Shown: positions 31,575 through 42,800 of the stretch, piece after piece
Layout of the letters: every line of letters begins with the position of its first letter
How positions within the stretch are numbered: position 1 is the stretch's first letter
DNA from: Vitrella brassicaformis CCMP3155
Lineage: Eukaryota > Protista > Chromerida
Reading direction: 5' to 3'
Length of the DNA: 64,000 bases
Assembly: GCA_001179505.1 (NCBI GenBank)
Contig: CDMY01000954.1
Span: 124,001 to 188,000 of the forward strand
Translations under genes and position numbers: made by a program
Notes under the pieces: generated by a model
Told to the model about the DNA's origin: nothing
Databases searched by the model: none
Seen by the model: the letters and a program-made list of their open reading frames with translations, nothing else

Positions 31575-32192
31575 ACTGTTCGGCATGTGCCCTCCGTCTG
31601 ATTCGGCAGCTGGCGTCCGAGTACTTCATGATAAGGCTGCGAGTACCATGGGAGGGCAACGAGGGGATGTCGCAAAATGGATTGCAAGACTTCTTTGGAG
31701 GCAAGAAATGAGTCAGTGAGTGAGCGAGTCAGTTGTTGTTGAGCGAGCCATTCTGCCGTCCATTGAGTGAGCAACAGGTTGTCGAGCCTGATTGTGAATA
31801 GCATTCATGTCCATGTTCTTGATGTGTGAGGGGGAGAGCGGCCGTACTTGTACACATATGGCTGTTCAGACCCTCTTGGCCGTCCGCCCGTCCGTCACAG
31901 CAGTGCCTTCGTGCCTCGATGTGCCTCGATCTGTGTGAGTGTGTGTGTGTGTGTGTGTGGTATGACCGTGTCGTTGTCTGTGTGTCCCGACAAGCAAATG
32001 TTGGCTTCATGGTCAACAAGTCGTCATTCTCATTGCCCAGCCGTTCTTAGCGTGTCCATACCCCAAGTCCGTCCAAATAAGACAACAATCAATGCACTTT
32101 GCACACACGCGCCGCACTGTACATACAAGGACACACGCACCGGGGAAAACACGATAGATCCTTGTCACTCACCCACTGTCTGTCTGTCTGCC

Positions 32193-34476
32193 CTAGCTGC
32201 CGGCCCTTCCCTCCCCATCCATCAACAGCATGCACTTGTGCAGCGCATATTGCAGCAGGTGGGCCACCACAGGAATGCTGATCGAGTTGCCGATGAGCCC
32301 GTACTGCTGACGGGTGGTCACACATGCGGGGAAGGCAAATTTCTCGGGGAAGCCGTGCACCCGCAGCATCTCGCGCGGACTGAAGTAGCGATAGCGCACA
32401 CACTCAGCCGCTTCGTCGTCACACGACACACAGACACACCTAAACCTGAAGACAAAGAGAGAAGGAATGGCGCCAACCATTGCCTGTGTGCAGGATGTAG
32501 ATCAGATCAACCTACCTCCTTGTGTCGAGCACGTGTGTGTCGATGACATGCCGGTAGGTCTCCATGCTGACCAGGGTTCCGTCGATGCGGCAGTCCTCTG
32601 GTGAGTCGACGGAAGGGCCGTTGACCTGGATGGTTTGTTGGGCGGGGGGGTAGGAGGGGAGGGGTCGGCCCTGCCGGTCGCAGAGGAGAATGGGCCCTGC
32701 ACGGCCCTCGTTTCTGCCATAACTGACGGATGGAAGGGAAGGTCAGATGCTCTGTGTGTGTGGATGGCAGGCATGTGTGCATGCCTGCCTACCCTTTTGT
32801 GAATGGCAGGCATGTGTGCATGCCCTGCCTACCCTTTTGTGAATGTTGTGGTTGCCCGCGTGTCCTCGCACGCGACGTCAAACAGAAACCTACACCAACA
32901 AACACACCGCACCAGACCGTCAGGCAGGCAGGCATCACACACATTCCTTCCTCTGCGTCCGTTCCCATGCCATGCACCCACCCCGCTCACGGACGTTTCA
33001 TTCTTGGTGAAAACATTTCTGTCGATCAAGAGATCCGCCAGATGTCGTCCCTTCCTCTCCACGTAATCGCCAACACGACCCATGTCCGCCGGTATCTCCC
33101 TCCCATCGACAGCCGGCATCTCGAAGGCCATGCTCTCGACGCCTGGTGAAGCCTCTGGTGTCAGATCACGGGACCGGATTGCGATGCAGTAGTAGCGGAC
33201 GCGTGTGTTGGGAATGCCCAGCTGAGAGGGGGTGACGATGAACTGCTCTATCGCGTAGTGCTGATCAGATCATGGGCGCAGATCAGATGCACATATGATA
33301 TGTTTGTGCCTGCGTCTGGGTCAATGTGTACCTGTGAGTGGAGGGCGTCCATGAGGCGTTTGTGTGACTGCGACTTCTCGAAGCACCGCACGTTCTCAAG
33401 AAACAGCAGCCGGGGGGGATGAGCCAACTCCCTGTCGACAGACCGTGAATCACACCACCACACACAACTCATACAGCTGTTTGTCTGCCTTGATGGCCTG
33501 CTCACTTGATGATATCACACAGATGCAGCAGTCCAGCCGCGCGAGTGTCCTCCGCGTCCAACTGCTTGCCTCTGAAACAAGGAAAACTCATCCGTGTGCC
33601 GCATGAGTAAGCATTGGGTCGGTGGTGCTGACTCACCCCCTTGTGTAGGGCTGGCACGGAGGGCTCATCAGCCACACGTCAGCACGGCCATCAAACTCAG
33701 AGGCTGACAGCGGCTCTATCAGACCCTGCACGAGCACGCATATGGGAGTCAGGACCCATCAAATGAATGTACACCGTTCCTCACACAAACCTGCTGTGGT
33801 TGCATGCCGAAGTTGTGTAGATAGACTTGATTGGCGATGGTGTTGACGTCAAACGCCTTCACGAGGCGAAACGGGATGCCCACCTGCAGGACACACACCC
33901 AAAGCGCCATTACGGACGCAAACGCCGTGGGTTTGTGGCGGTGGATGCACGTGTGTTGGTGCGTCCCGTACCCTCTGTGCGGCATCTTTGATGGCCAGAT
34001 GCAGCCCGCCGATGCCCGAGAAGAGCTCGAACACCCTCAGCAAAGATCCGTCTTCACTCATCGCCCATTCGCCGCCTCTCTTCGCGAGATCTGCGCCAAA
34101 AAGCTCGCCGTCTCGCGATCGTAAGTTTTCCTGGAGAGAAACACCGTCTTCCTTCGTTATCGGGGTCTCCGGCGCATACATGGGAAAACAAGAGGCTCTA
34201 CTGCATTGATTCAGCCGATTTTGGTCCTTCCCTACCGGTTGCTTCCGGGGTCTCAGCCGTTTCCCATGGACCAATTCCTTCGTTGACCCGTCTTTCATCA
34301 CACATCTCACCGCATGCATGTGTTGCTGAGTGATTCTGACTCTGACAGCCAACACATGCCCTGCACAGGCTGAAAGAGACGGTGTACATACGAGCCGGCC
34401 GACGTATGTACACCGACACGTATCTACGCATCTCGACTGGCTGAGCTGCATGCGCACTCAGCTGCTGCTGCTCCAT
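32193..34476 (-). CDS. DNMT2: DNMT2/TRDMT1 cytosine-5 (tRNA) methyltransferase
   Basis: Motif I ELFSGIGG, KAFDVNTIANQVY, motif IV WLMSPPCQPYTR, motif VI LFLENV, motif VIII PNTRVRYYCIA, TRD FTKGYG, motif IX RYFSPREMLRVHGFP and motif X QYGLIGNSI. The N-terminus is uncertain (ATG at 34476, alternatively about 34181). Confidence 0.94.
32764..32845. repeat. 39/40-nt tandem duplication that duplicates a DNMT2 splice donor
   Basis: atggcaggcatgtgtgcatgcc(c)tgcctacccttttgtga occurs twice. Minus-strand TTCACAAAAGG|GTAGGC donors lie 40 nt apart (32831-32 and 32791-92). Confidence 0.9.
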
Positions 34477-34603
34477 CCGTTTATCGCCACCTGAGTGGTG
34501 GAAAGGGACGCACACACAAAGGGACGGAGATGGGTCTGCGCAGGTTCACTTGTAAGCAGCTACCTTGCTTTTGTGCGTCGTGTCCTCCTCTCCGATGGGT
34601 CGG

Positions 34604-36525
34604 TCACTTGGGCAGCGCCCATACCTCCTGCACAAAGAGACACACATACAGGGGCCGATTGTCGAGCTGACTGAGCGTACAAACATGTGTGTTGGTGCAT
34701 TGATTGATTGCATACCGCTTCGGTGGCGGTGAACTCCATCTGGCGCGCCAGTGGGGCCTGGCGATACTCATTCTCCACCGCTCCCTGATAGCCGAACGGC
34801 AGCCACCCCACCCACACATACACACGACAGCTACTCAGATCGGCGGCTGGGACGCCGGGGTCCTCACTATATCCCAAAGCCACACCCACTGTCCAGCTCA
34901 CACCGATCCACACTTTGCAGACTGCCCGTCCATCCCTCACATCCCCCTCCCGTCCCGCGACCGACACGCCCCCTCCCCACGGTATGGCCATCTTGGTCGG
35001 TGTCTCGACCCTTCCACTGATGGCGTAGAATGACACGACGCACGGGGTGAATATGAAGCTTGTGGGGTCTTGGGGCAGGGTGAGGGGGCCGTCGATGATC
35101 GATGCGATGAGGTGTTCGGGGCCATCGCGGATCAGCAGCAGCAGCCGGGACACGCCATCGATTTTGTCGAGGAAGGTCGAGTACTTGAAACCATCACGCG
35201 ACGACCTGAACGCACATGCACATTGCACATAAGCACCATCCACCCACCCGATGTGTGCGGTGTGGTGTGTCCCTGTACTTACTTGTACACGAGCTTCATA
35301 GATTTGATGTAGATGTAGCGGCTCAGCCAGGCACGCAGCGCACCATAGCTGCCGTAGTAAGACGACAAACGCAAAAACTGCACACACGCACACACACAGA
35401 TGGATCACCGGATGAAGTCGCGAATGGTCTAGCTTTCATCGATTGTTGCTACCTGCTTCTTAGGTGTGCAGATGTTGTGCGAGACGGCCATAAGGTTCCT
35501 GACCTCATTCTGCGACACACAGCGAGTGGGCAAATATTCAATGCCGCCAATGATTGGGGGCGGCGTGGCCTACCGATGTGAGAATGAGGATTTTGTTGTC
35601 CATTGACTGGAGCGCCTGCTGCACGGATTGGTTGTTGTCGTGTAGCTGGACCTGCACGCCCGTCGTCACTTCATCCGCTACATGCGCGCGCAGGTCCTGA
35701 CACACACACATCAACAGCATGCAGTGCATGACAATCGATCGAGGCATGGATGGCCGACCTCCAGCTGTTGGGCGTGTGCCTGTCTGGCAGCCCTCTCCCC
35801 CTGGAGCTCCAGCCGCAAATCCTCCATGGCATCCAGATACCGCCTCACGTGGCTGCGATGCGCATCCTCTTGTGTGCGATCCGCCTCCTCCATCTGAACA
35901 CACACGGAGATCACATCCATCCATCCAGCCAGCCAGCCAGCACCTGCTTGATCTTCTGCTCCAGCGCCCAGAGTTGTTGCTGCATCCGTCCCTGCTCCCC
36001 GCAGTCGAACCACACCTCCTCTCCCTCCATGTGCCGCTGGCTCTCAGCACTCGTGAACCACCCACCAAAGGCCACAAACTCGTCCACCCAGCCGAGCGTG
36101 TCAGCCCTCTGGGGCCGATTCTGGCTCTGGCTGAGCTGCCGTGTAGGCCGTGTAGGACCCGGTGTCATCACGATTGCATACTTGTGCATCCGTTGGTCCA
36201 TTTGTTGCTCCTGCCGCAGGCACAATTAGGCAACCACACATTACGCCCACACCACGCATTGCGTCCAGGTGCACCCGTGATCGACAAATGGGCCGACGGA
36301 TGCACGAGTATGCACGAGCTGAAGATGTGTTGTGCGGTGGGGGAGTGAGCGTACCTGTGCGGCTGATGGGGCATCGTCGTGGATGAGGCGCACGGGGGGC
36401 AGCAGGAAGAAGAGCGGCAGCAGGAGGGTGACGATGAGGAGGGGGAAAGTCAGCCCAGCGATGCAGTAAAAGATCTCTCCAGCAGCCACAACCGACACCA
36501 CAAAAGATGGTAAGGTTATCATCAT
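34604..36525 (-). CDS. N-terminal hydrophobic segment + coiled coil + divergent TLDc-like domain protein
   Basis: Exon 1 MMITLPSFVVSVVAAGEIFYCIAGLTFPLLIVTLLLPLFFLL...SAAQ splices in phase 0 to EQQMDQ. Coiled-coil exons follow. C-terminus LVYKSSRDGFKYSTFLDKI...LLLLIRDG...IDGPLTLP...FYAISG...PAADLSSC...FTATEAEVW resembles, from recall, a TLDc-like family expanded in Vitrella. Confidence 0.8.
36175..36314. repeat. Inverted repeat: 33-bp arms (36175-36207 and 36282-36314) with 4 transition mismatches and a 74-nt loop
   Basis: Left arm TGCATACTTGTGCATCCGTTGGTCCATTTGTTG versus reverse complement of right arm TGCATACTCGTGCATCCGTCGGCCCATTTGTCG. Confidence 0.92.
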
Positions 36526-36634
36526 CTCAAGCCAGAATTTACAGAATTTACAGGTCTGATTGCGAGCTTCAGCTCGCACTCTGATTGTCTGCTGCTCACC
36601 TTCTCCCTCTCTTTCTCCTCCCCCCTCCCTCACC

Positions 36635-37907
36635 ATGTCGAGCACCAGCGCCCTGCTAGCTGTGGCCGTGGCCCTCTGCCTCCTCTCATCCTCACTCGCA
36701 TTCGTCCCCAGCGCTCCCGCAGCACTCCGATCTAGGCAGCAGCAGCCCAAGAGGTCAGTTACCTAACTGCCTCTGCAGTAGAAGAGGAGGCAGATGCCTT
36801 ATTGTCCAGATGCTGTCACACATCTGATCTGTGCCTGTTTGTCGCTTGATGGGTGTGCTGTGTGCTGTGCAGGTCAGTGATGCGTGCGCAGGCCACTTTG
36901 GACGATATGGTGGGGGGCGACGGCCCTGAACCATTCAGCAGAAATGTAGGTGGGGGTGCTGGGCCATCGCTGCAGCCCTTGCGTGAGGCTTTGGGGTGTG
37001 TGTGTGTGTGTGCGTGTGTGTGTCCAGTTTGATCCCCTCGGTTTGGCCGAGCAGTTCCCCCAATACCTCACCTTCTTCAGAGAAGCTGAAATCAAGGTCA
37101 GTCAGTCAACAGCACACACCCACACACGGACAAATCCATGACACACACACATTGCTGTGTGTGTGTGTGTGTGTGTTTAGCATGGTCGCATTGCCATGTT
37201 GGCTGTGTTGGGTATGGTGGTGCCCTCCTTCTGGACCCTCCCCGGCCGTGAGGGCATCTCAGTCTTGGCCGCCCACGACAAATTCGTCGAGAATGGTGTC
37301 ATGGGACAGGTTGGTGCGCACACCACACCCCGACGAGGGCCACAACACGCACCCACCGGTGTGTCTGTGTGTCTGTGTGCAGCTGCTGTTTTGGGTCTCC
37401 TTGTGGGAGATCGTGACCTTCAAGACCGTCGTCGACATGGACGAGAAAGACCGGTATGCTCAACGCTCAACACTCTGCAGCCATCCAGTCGTCCACCTAC
37501 CACATCGTGTGCTGTGGTGTGTACTATGATGCGTGGCGTGTCAGTGAGCCGGGTGATTTCTCGATGGATCCGTTCGGCTGGACCAGGACCCCCGAGAGGG
37601 CGCGGGTGCTCAGGACACAGGAACTCAAGAACGGGTGAGCGGAGCCGCACAAACAGCCGCATCGATGTTGAGTCATGTCCACTCCGGCTGCCTGGCTTCT
37701 CTGTGTCTGTCTGTTTTGTCATCAGCCGCCTTGCGATGCTCGCATTCTCGGGTAAGCCTACCACCACACACACAGAGACAGGGAGGGGGGGAGGGCGAGG
37801 CTGCTTCTGCACCGAACCCTGGTTGTTTGGTTGTCGGTTGTCGCATCCATCCATCAGGCATGATCACCCAGGCGGCGTTGACGGGCAAGAACTTCCCCTT
37901 CTTTTAG
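36635..37907 (+). CDS. LHC: Plastid light-harvesting complex protein (chlorophyll/carotenoid-binding LHC family)
   Basis: Bipartite leader MSSTSALLAVAVALCLLSSSLAF-VPSAP, FDPLGLA, FREAEIKHGRIAMLAVLG, EPGDFSMDPFGW and ELKNGRLAMLAFSGMITQ...NFPFF*. Introns are canonical. Confidence 0.97.
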
Positions 37908-37972
37908 TTAGTCTCTTGGCCAGCCAGTCAGTGTATGTACATGATGTGATGGATGAGGGGGGGGGGGGGGGG

Positions 37973-38272
37973 NNNNNNNNNNNNNNNNNNNNNNNNNNNN
38001 NNNNNNNNNNNNNNNNNNNNNNNNNNNNNNNNNNNNNNNNNNNNNNNNNNNNNNNNNNNNNNNNNNNNNNNNNNNNNNNNNNNNNNNNNNNNNNNNNNNN
38101 NNNNNNNNNNNNNNNNNNNNNNNNNNNNNNNNNNNNNNNNNNNNNNNNNNNNNNNNNNNNNNNNNNNNNNNNNNNNNNNNNNNNNNNNNNNNNNNNNNNN
38201 NNNNNNNNNNNNNNNNNNNNNNNNNNNNNNNNNNNNNNNNNNNNNNNNNNNNNNNNNNNNNNNNNNNNNNNN
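37973..38272. other. Assembly gap (300 N placeholder) after a G-run
   Basis: Run of N; all four gaps in the window are exactly 300 nt. Confidence 0.99.
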
Positions 38273-39889
38273 GGCGTCTACTGTGGGGGGCGTGTGTGGA
38301 TCTGTCCATCTATTCATCCGTGTGTTACTTACATGTATCGCAGAGAGACGGAGAAAGATGGACAGACGTCGTGTGCTGGATGTGTGTCGGGCTGTGTGCT
38401 TGGCTGGGTGCCGCCCTCGACGTGCGGAGACGGTTGTCACCTCATGCAGTGCTCTCGCATGAGGCGGCAATCGTCTGCCCGCGGACCAGGTGGCACTCAG
38501 CCGGCCGCCAAGGAGACGCTCTCACACAGACGGAAAGATCAGCGAAGATGTGTGTTGGCATGACAAGTAGGTATGCCTGGCTGTGCAGTGCTTTCCTTTC
38601 CTTCGATCGATGAGGCTGCCTGGCTGTTCCATTGTGTGATGCTGCCTTTCCCTGCGACAGCACGATGACACGTGCTCCCCTCGGTGTTTGCGCTCACCGA
38701 GGAATTGCAGGCCGTGTCGGCGGAGCTGCACACGGGGGAAGCAACAATACACATACACGGGAACAGAATGGATGGATGGATGGATGTTCGGACGGATTTT
38801 TCTTTCCCTGTGCACCGGCGCTGTGTGTGTCGATTGATGTGATGTGACATGATTGGCGGACCTGTCAATGTACCTGCCTGCCTGCCTGCCTACATGTGAG
38901 ATGATGGATGTATGCGAGATGAGCTGTATGTAGTGCGTCTGTCTTCCCCTTGTTTTCTGGTAGCTAGCTGTATGGTTGTGTGCATGCATGGCACACACAG
39001 ACAGACAGACAGACAGACAGACAGAAGAACACATTATGTAGACGGGAGAATGATTTTTGCAGATGTGTGTGTCGTGTAAGGTATGCGATCGACAGACGAG
39101 GGAGGCGAGGAGGTATGATGGATGATTTGTACACGTGAATGAAATGACCAGCAGGAAGACCGACCGACCTGTGTCAGTCAGCTGACTGACTGAATCAATC
39201 GTTGAGCTGAGCGTCATGCGATCAATGGACATCCATCCATCGGTTGGTTAGTCAGCCCCCACTTACCTCACCGGTGGGTGACCCACCAACACGAACCAAC
39301 CAACGAGAAAAACAGAGAGCCCTCTCCTCTCTCTCTCGGCCACACGCACCAATCGCATCGTCTCGCATCACGCGGCATCGTCAGCCGGCTGACCGCTGGC
39401 CGGGAGAACGAACACCATCCATCTCCACCCATCCTATCACCTACTATGGAAGCTGCACGCACCGTACGAAAAAGGGTACACGGTGTCTACCCACCCACAA
39501 CACCCACACACTGTGGCACACCGTGTTCGCTTATTCATTCCCCAGCGATCTCTCTGAGACGTACGGGGGTTCGACCCTTCCTTCAGCTTTTGCTATCAAT
39601 GCTAGACTACACACAAATGCATCCATGTGTTCCTTCCTCGCCCCTTGCTTGTCTGTCAGGCAGACAGGTAGGCAGGCAGTATTGACAAAATCTACACAGG
39701 CAGGCAGCCAGCCAGCCATGTCCGGCACGGCCCCCTCTCTCCTCTCCCTCGCTCCATTCCCCTGTCTGTCTGTCTGTCTATCTGTCTGTGTAGATGAATT
39801 GTTAGGTGTACATGACAGGTGCCGGTCGGTCAAAAATCTCCCACCCCACCCCACCCCACCGCCCTCTCTCCTCTCCCCTCTGACGTACG

Positions 39890-42800
39890 TCAAAACATGG
39901 AGCGTCCCCCCCGCCACTCCCCGCCACTCCCCTGCTGTCTTCGCCTCATGACGTGGTGCACCTCCGGCGGCCGCCGCCTCGGGTGAGTGTTGTGCGGTGG
40001 CCATGAGTGCCGCCTCGTTCTCATCCCCCGCTCCCGCAGCCATCTTGACACGTCTCTGAACTGTTCCCGGAACATGTTGGGGAGCAGGAAGCCGACTGAA
40101 GATGACTGCTTGTCGTGCTGCTGCTGCTGCTGCTGGTGTCTTGAAGAACCATCGTTGCTGTTGCTGTTGCTGCTGGCCTGTTGGTGCTGGTGGCGTTGAT
40201 GGGCATCGTTAGCTGATGGTGTGGTGGTGGCCTTGTCGGTGTCGGTGCTGCCCGCGCCGCCAGAGACCGCATGAGGGATGATTGGTGGGTCCCGTGAGGA
40301 CGGGAACAGAGAGGGCAGCCTCCTCTGTGCCCCTGCTGCCGTGGTGTTGACCCTCTCGCTATCTCTCCTCTGCGGCCTGAGAAAGGACACCACCCGGCTC
40401 CCCTGCTGTGTGTCGTTGCCGTTGACGACCGACTTGGTCACACCGGCCCCCCTGAAGCGGAAGCGAGATGTGTTTGTGGGCGATAGGGGTTCGATGAGCA
40501 GCTGCAGGACGGTCTCTGTGAGGCCGATCCGCTTCCTCTCCCCCTGCGTCTCGTCCCACTTCCAAATGGGCTGCCGTCGGGTGAGGAAGGCGCCCAGCGA
40601 TCCCCGCTCCTGCATGGTCAAGTTGACGTGGTCGAACAGGGGCAGCAGCAGGGGGAAAGACGTGGAGGTGTTGGTGTTGGCTGCTGTGGGTGTGCTGGAT
40701 AGGAGGATGTCCTCGAGCCGCCACTGTGTGGTGCCTGTGCCGGGTGGGATCAGCCACCGCCACGTGGTCGTGTTGGCAGGCTCATCGGACGGCACCAACG
40801 ACAGACGGAACCTACAGGGAGCGGTCCGATCCATGCAGCCATTGGCTCGCGGCACAGCAAGCTAAGCTAAGCTTGTGAAGGGGAGGAAGGGTGTGGGTGT
40901 GTACCGTGCTTTCTCTGCGCTCCTGAGTATCCTCATGAGGTTCACGCGCATGCCCCGAACGAAACGGTCCTGGTCGCTAGACACTGCACAAACCACACAT
41001 CACATGTGGTACCTGGTGTCCGTGTCGTACGTGTGTGTGGTGTGGCCCACTGACTGACTGACTCACTCACCCTTGACATTGGCCCAGTCGAATGCCTCCT
41101 TGCCGGCCAGGAAGTCATTCTGCGCTGCGATTTCGCGACTGGCCCCTGCCAGGTACCTCACGAGGTCTCCGTGTCGGCCCCGCCCCAGCCAGGAGTGCAG
41201 CTCAGCCAGCCGACGATCCAACATACCCCTACACGACGTGTAGTCAGTGTACCCACGCGCAGAGCACAAATGTGTGGCAGTCGATGCGATGCGTGAGTGT
41301 GTGAGTGTGTGAGAGCTTTGCATTGCACGTGCCTGAAGTCTTGCGCCATGGCTTTGGGTACGGTGGCGGCCTCGATGAAGCGGGTCGTTGCTGCCTCCCA
41401 TGACAAGGCGAACCTGTGTGGGGTGGGCCCAGATGCGCAGGGGGGAAGGACACAGATGCGTGGCGGTTTGGGGTGCTGTGCATATCTTATCTATCATGTG
41501 GGATACCTACCTTTCGGACTGTGAGAGCGGCACTGGATTGTTCTTTAGCGCCCACACCAGATTGGCTGCAAACTCCTGTCAAGGCCACCACACACACCAC
41601 ACACACACAGATTCGCCCAACCTCCATCACCATCCCATCTCCCCCGTGGCAGCCACGGACCTCTTTGTCTCTGTAGGTCAGGCAGTTCCTGAACTGCTCA
41701 AAGAAGGTGTTGGACGGGTGTCGCGGGATGATGATGAACTTGCCCATGGCCAGGGCCTCTGCAGAGGTGGTGCACAGCACCTCGCTGATCGACGGATTCA
41801 CAAACACCTGAATGACAGACAAAAGATCGCGTGTGTGTACGCAGGAAAGCATCCAGAGCAAGAAGTGTCTCGATTGCCGCATCGCATGTGTGTGATGTGA
41901 GGCTGGCTGACCTTGTAGTCTTTGCAGTGAGCGTGGTCGACGCCCGGGAAGAAGTGTACAGGCACCTTCATGCGGTGGGCCGTTTGCTGCAACCGACCGA
42001 CGATCACATTAATCACACACCACACCCAGACAGAAACAGAAATAAATGCGTCTCTGTGCTGTGGATGGCCTCTCCCTCCCTCCCTCCGTCCCTCAGTAAG
42101 TCACTTTGATGCTGTGCTCGTCAGGTCCGCTGCCGTACACATCCACACTGACGTGCCCCGCGCCGTTAGCACGCCGCCTCGTGTACTTGAGCAGATCAAA
42201 CAACATGTCATGGCTGCATACCAGACACACAGACAGCAGTACAATAAATACGATATGCATCCCTGCCCGTGCTTGGGTCACTGACCCCTTTGCCCAGAGC
42301 GCCTTTCCGATGAAGTAGGCCCCCTTGCTGAATCCCCTGACGGCCGCCTCGTCGCCTATCTGGAGGAAGTCGTCCCGCACGCCGTGGACGTTGCAGGTGA
42401 CCTCCTTCTCGGGGGCGAACCGCTGGAGTGTGTCCGAGAGCTTGATGATGCGGTCGCAGTAGGAGCGGCACATCCACTGGTTCATCACATACAGAAATGG
42501 CTCCTTGATGAAACCAGCCGTCTGATCGATGAGATTAATGCACACACACACACACACACACACATGCACCACACGGTGGATGCAGTGCAGATGGCGGTGG
42601 GGGAGGGTGGGGGAGGCATCCCCCCCATCTATATATGCCATCCATCTGTAGTGTACGTACCTCTGTGCGTGCGTATTTGACGTAGTTGGTGTGGATGACG
42701 CCGACGACGTGTTTGAACTTGGCGGGCCACGAGGGGATGGAGTCACCCACAGCTCTGCAGACACCGCACCGCACCGCACCAAACCCATACACACAACACA

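Noticed and set aside
32193-34476. C5 methyltransferase as a restriction-modification or transposon-borne DNA methylase
   Set aside because: The motifs (PPCQPYTR, FTKGY, GNS) and intron-rich structure fit host DNMT2; no nuclease or RT is adjacent.
36175-36314. MITE interpretation of the inverted repeat
   Set aside because: No clean target-site duplication (flanks cgat versus cgag), and one arm is in-frame exon sequence. Kept only as a hairpin finding.
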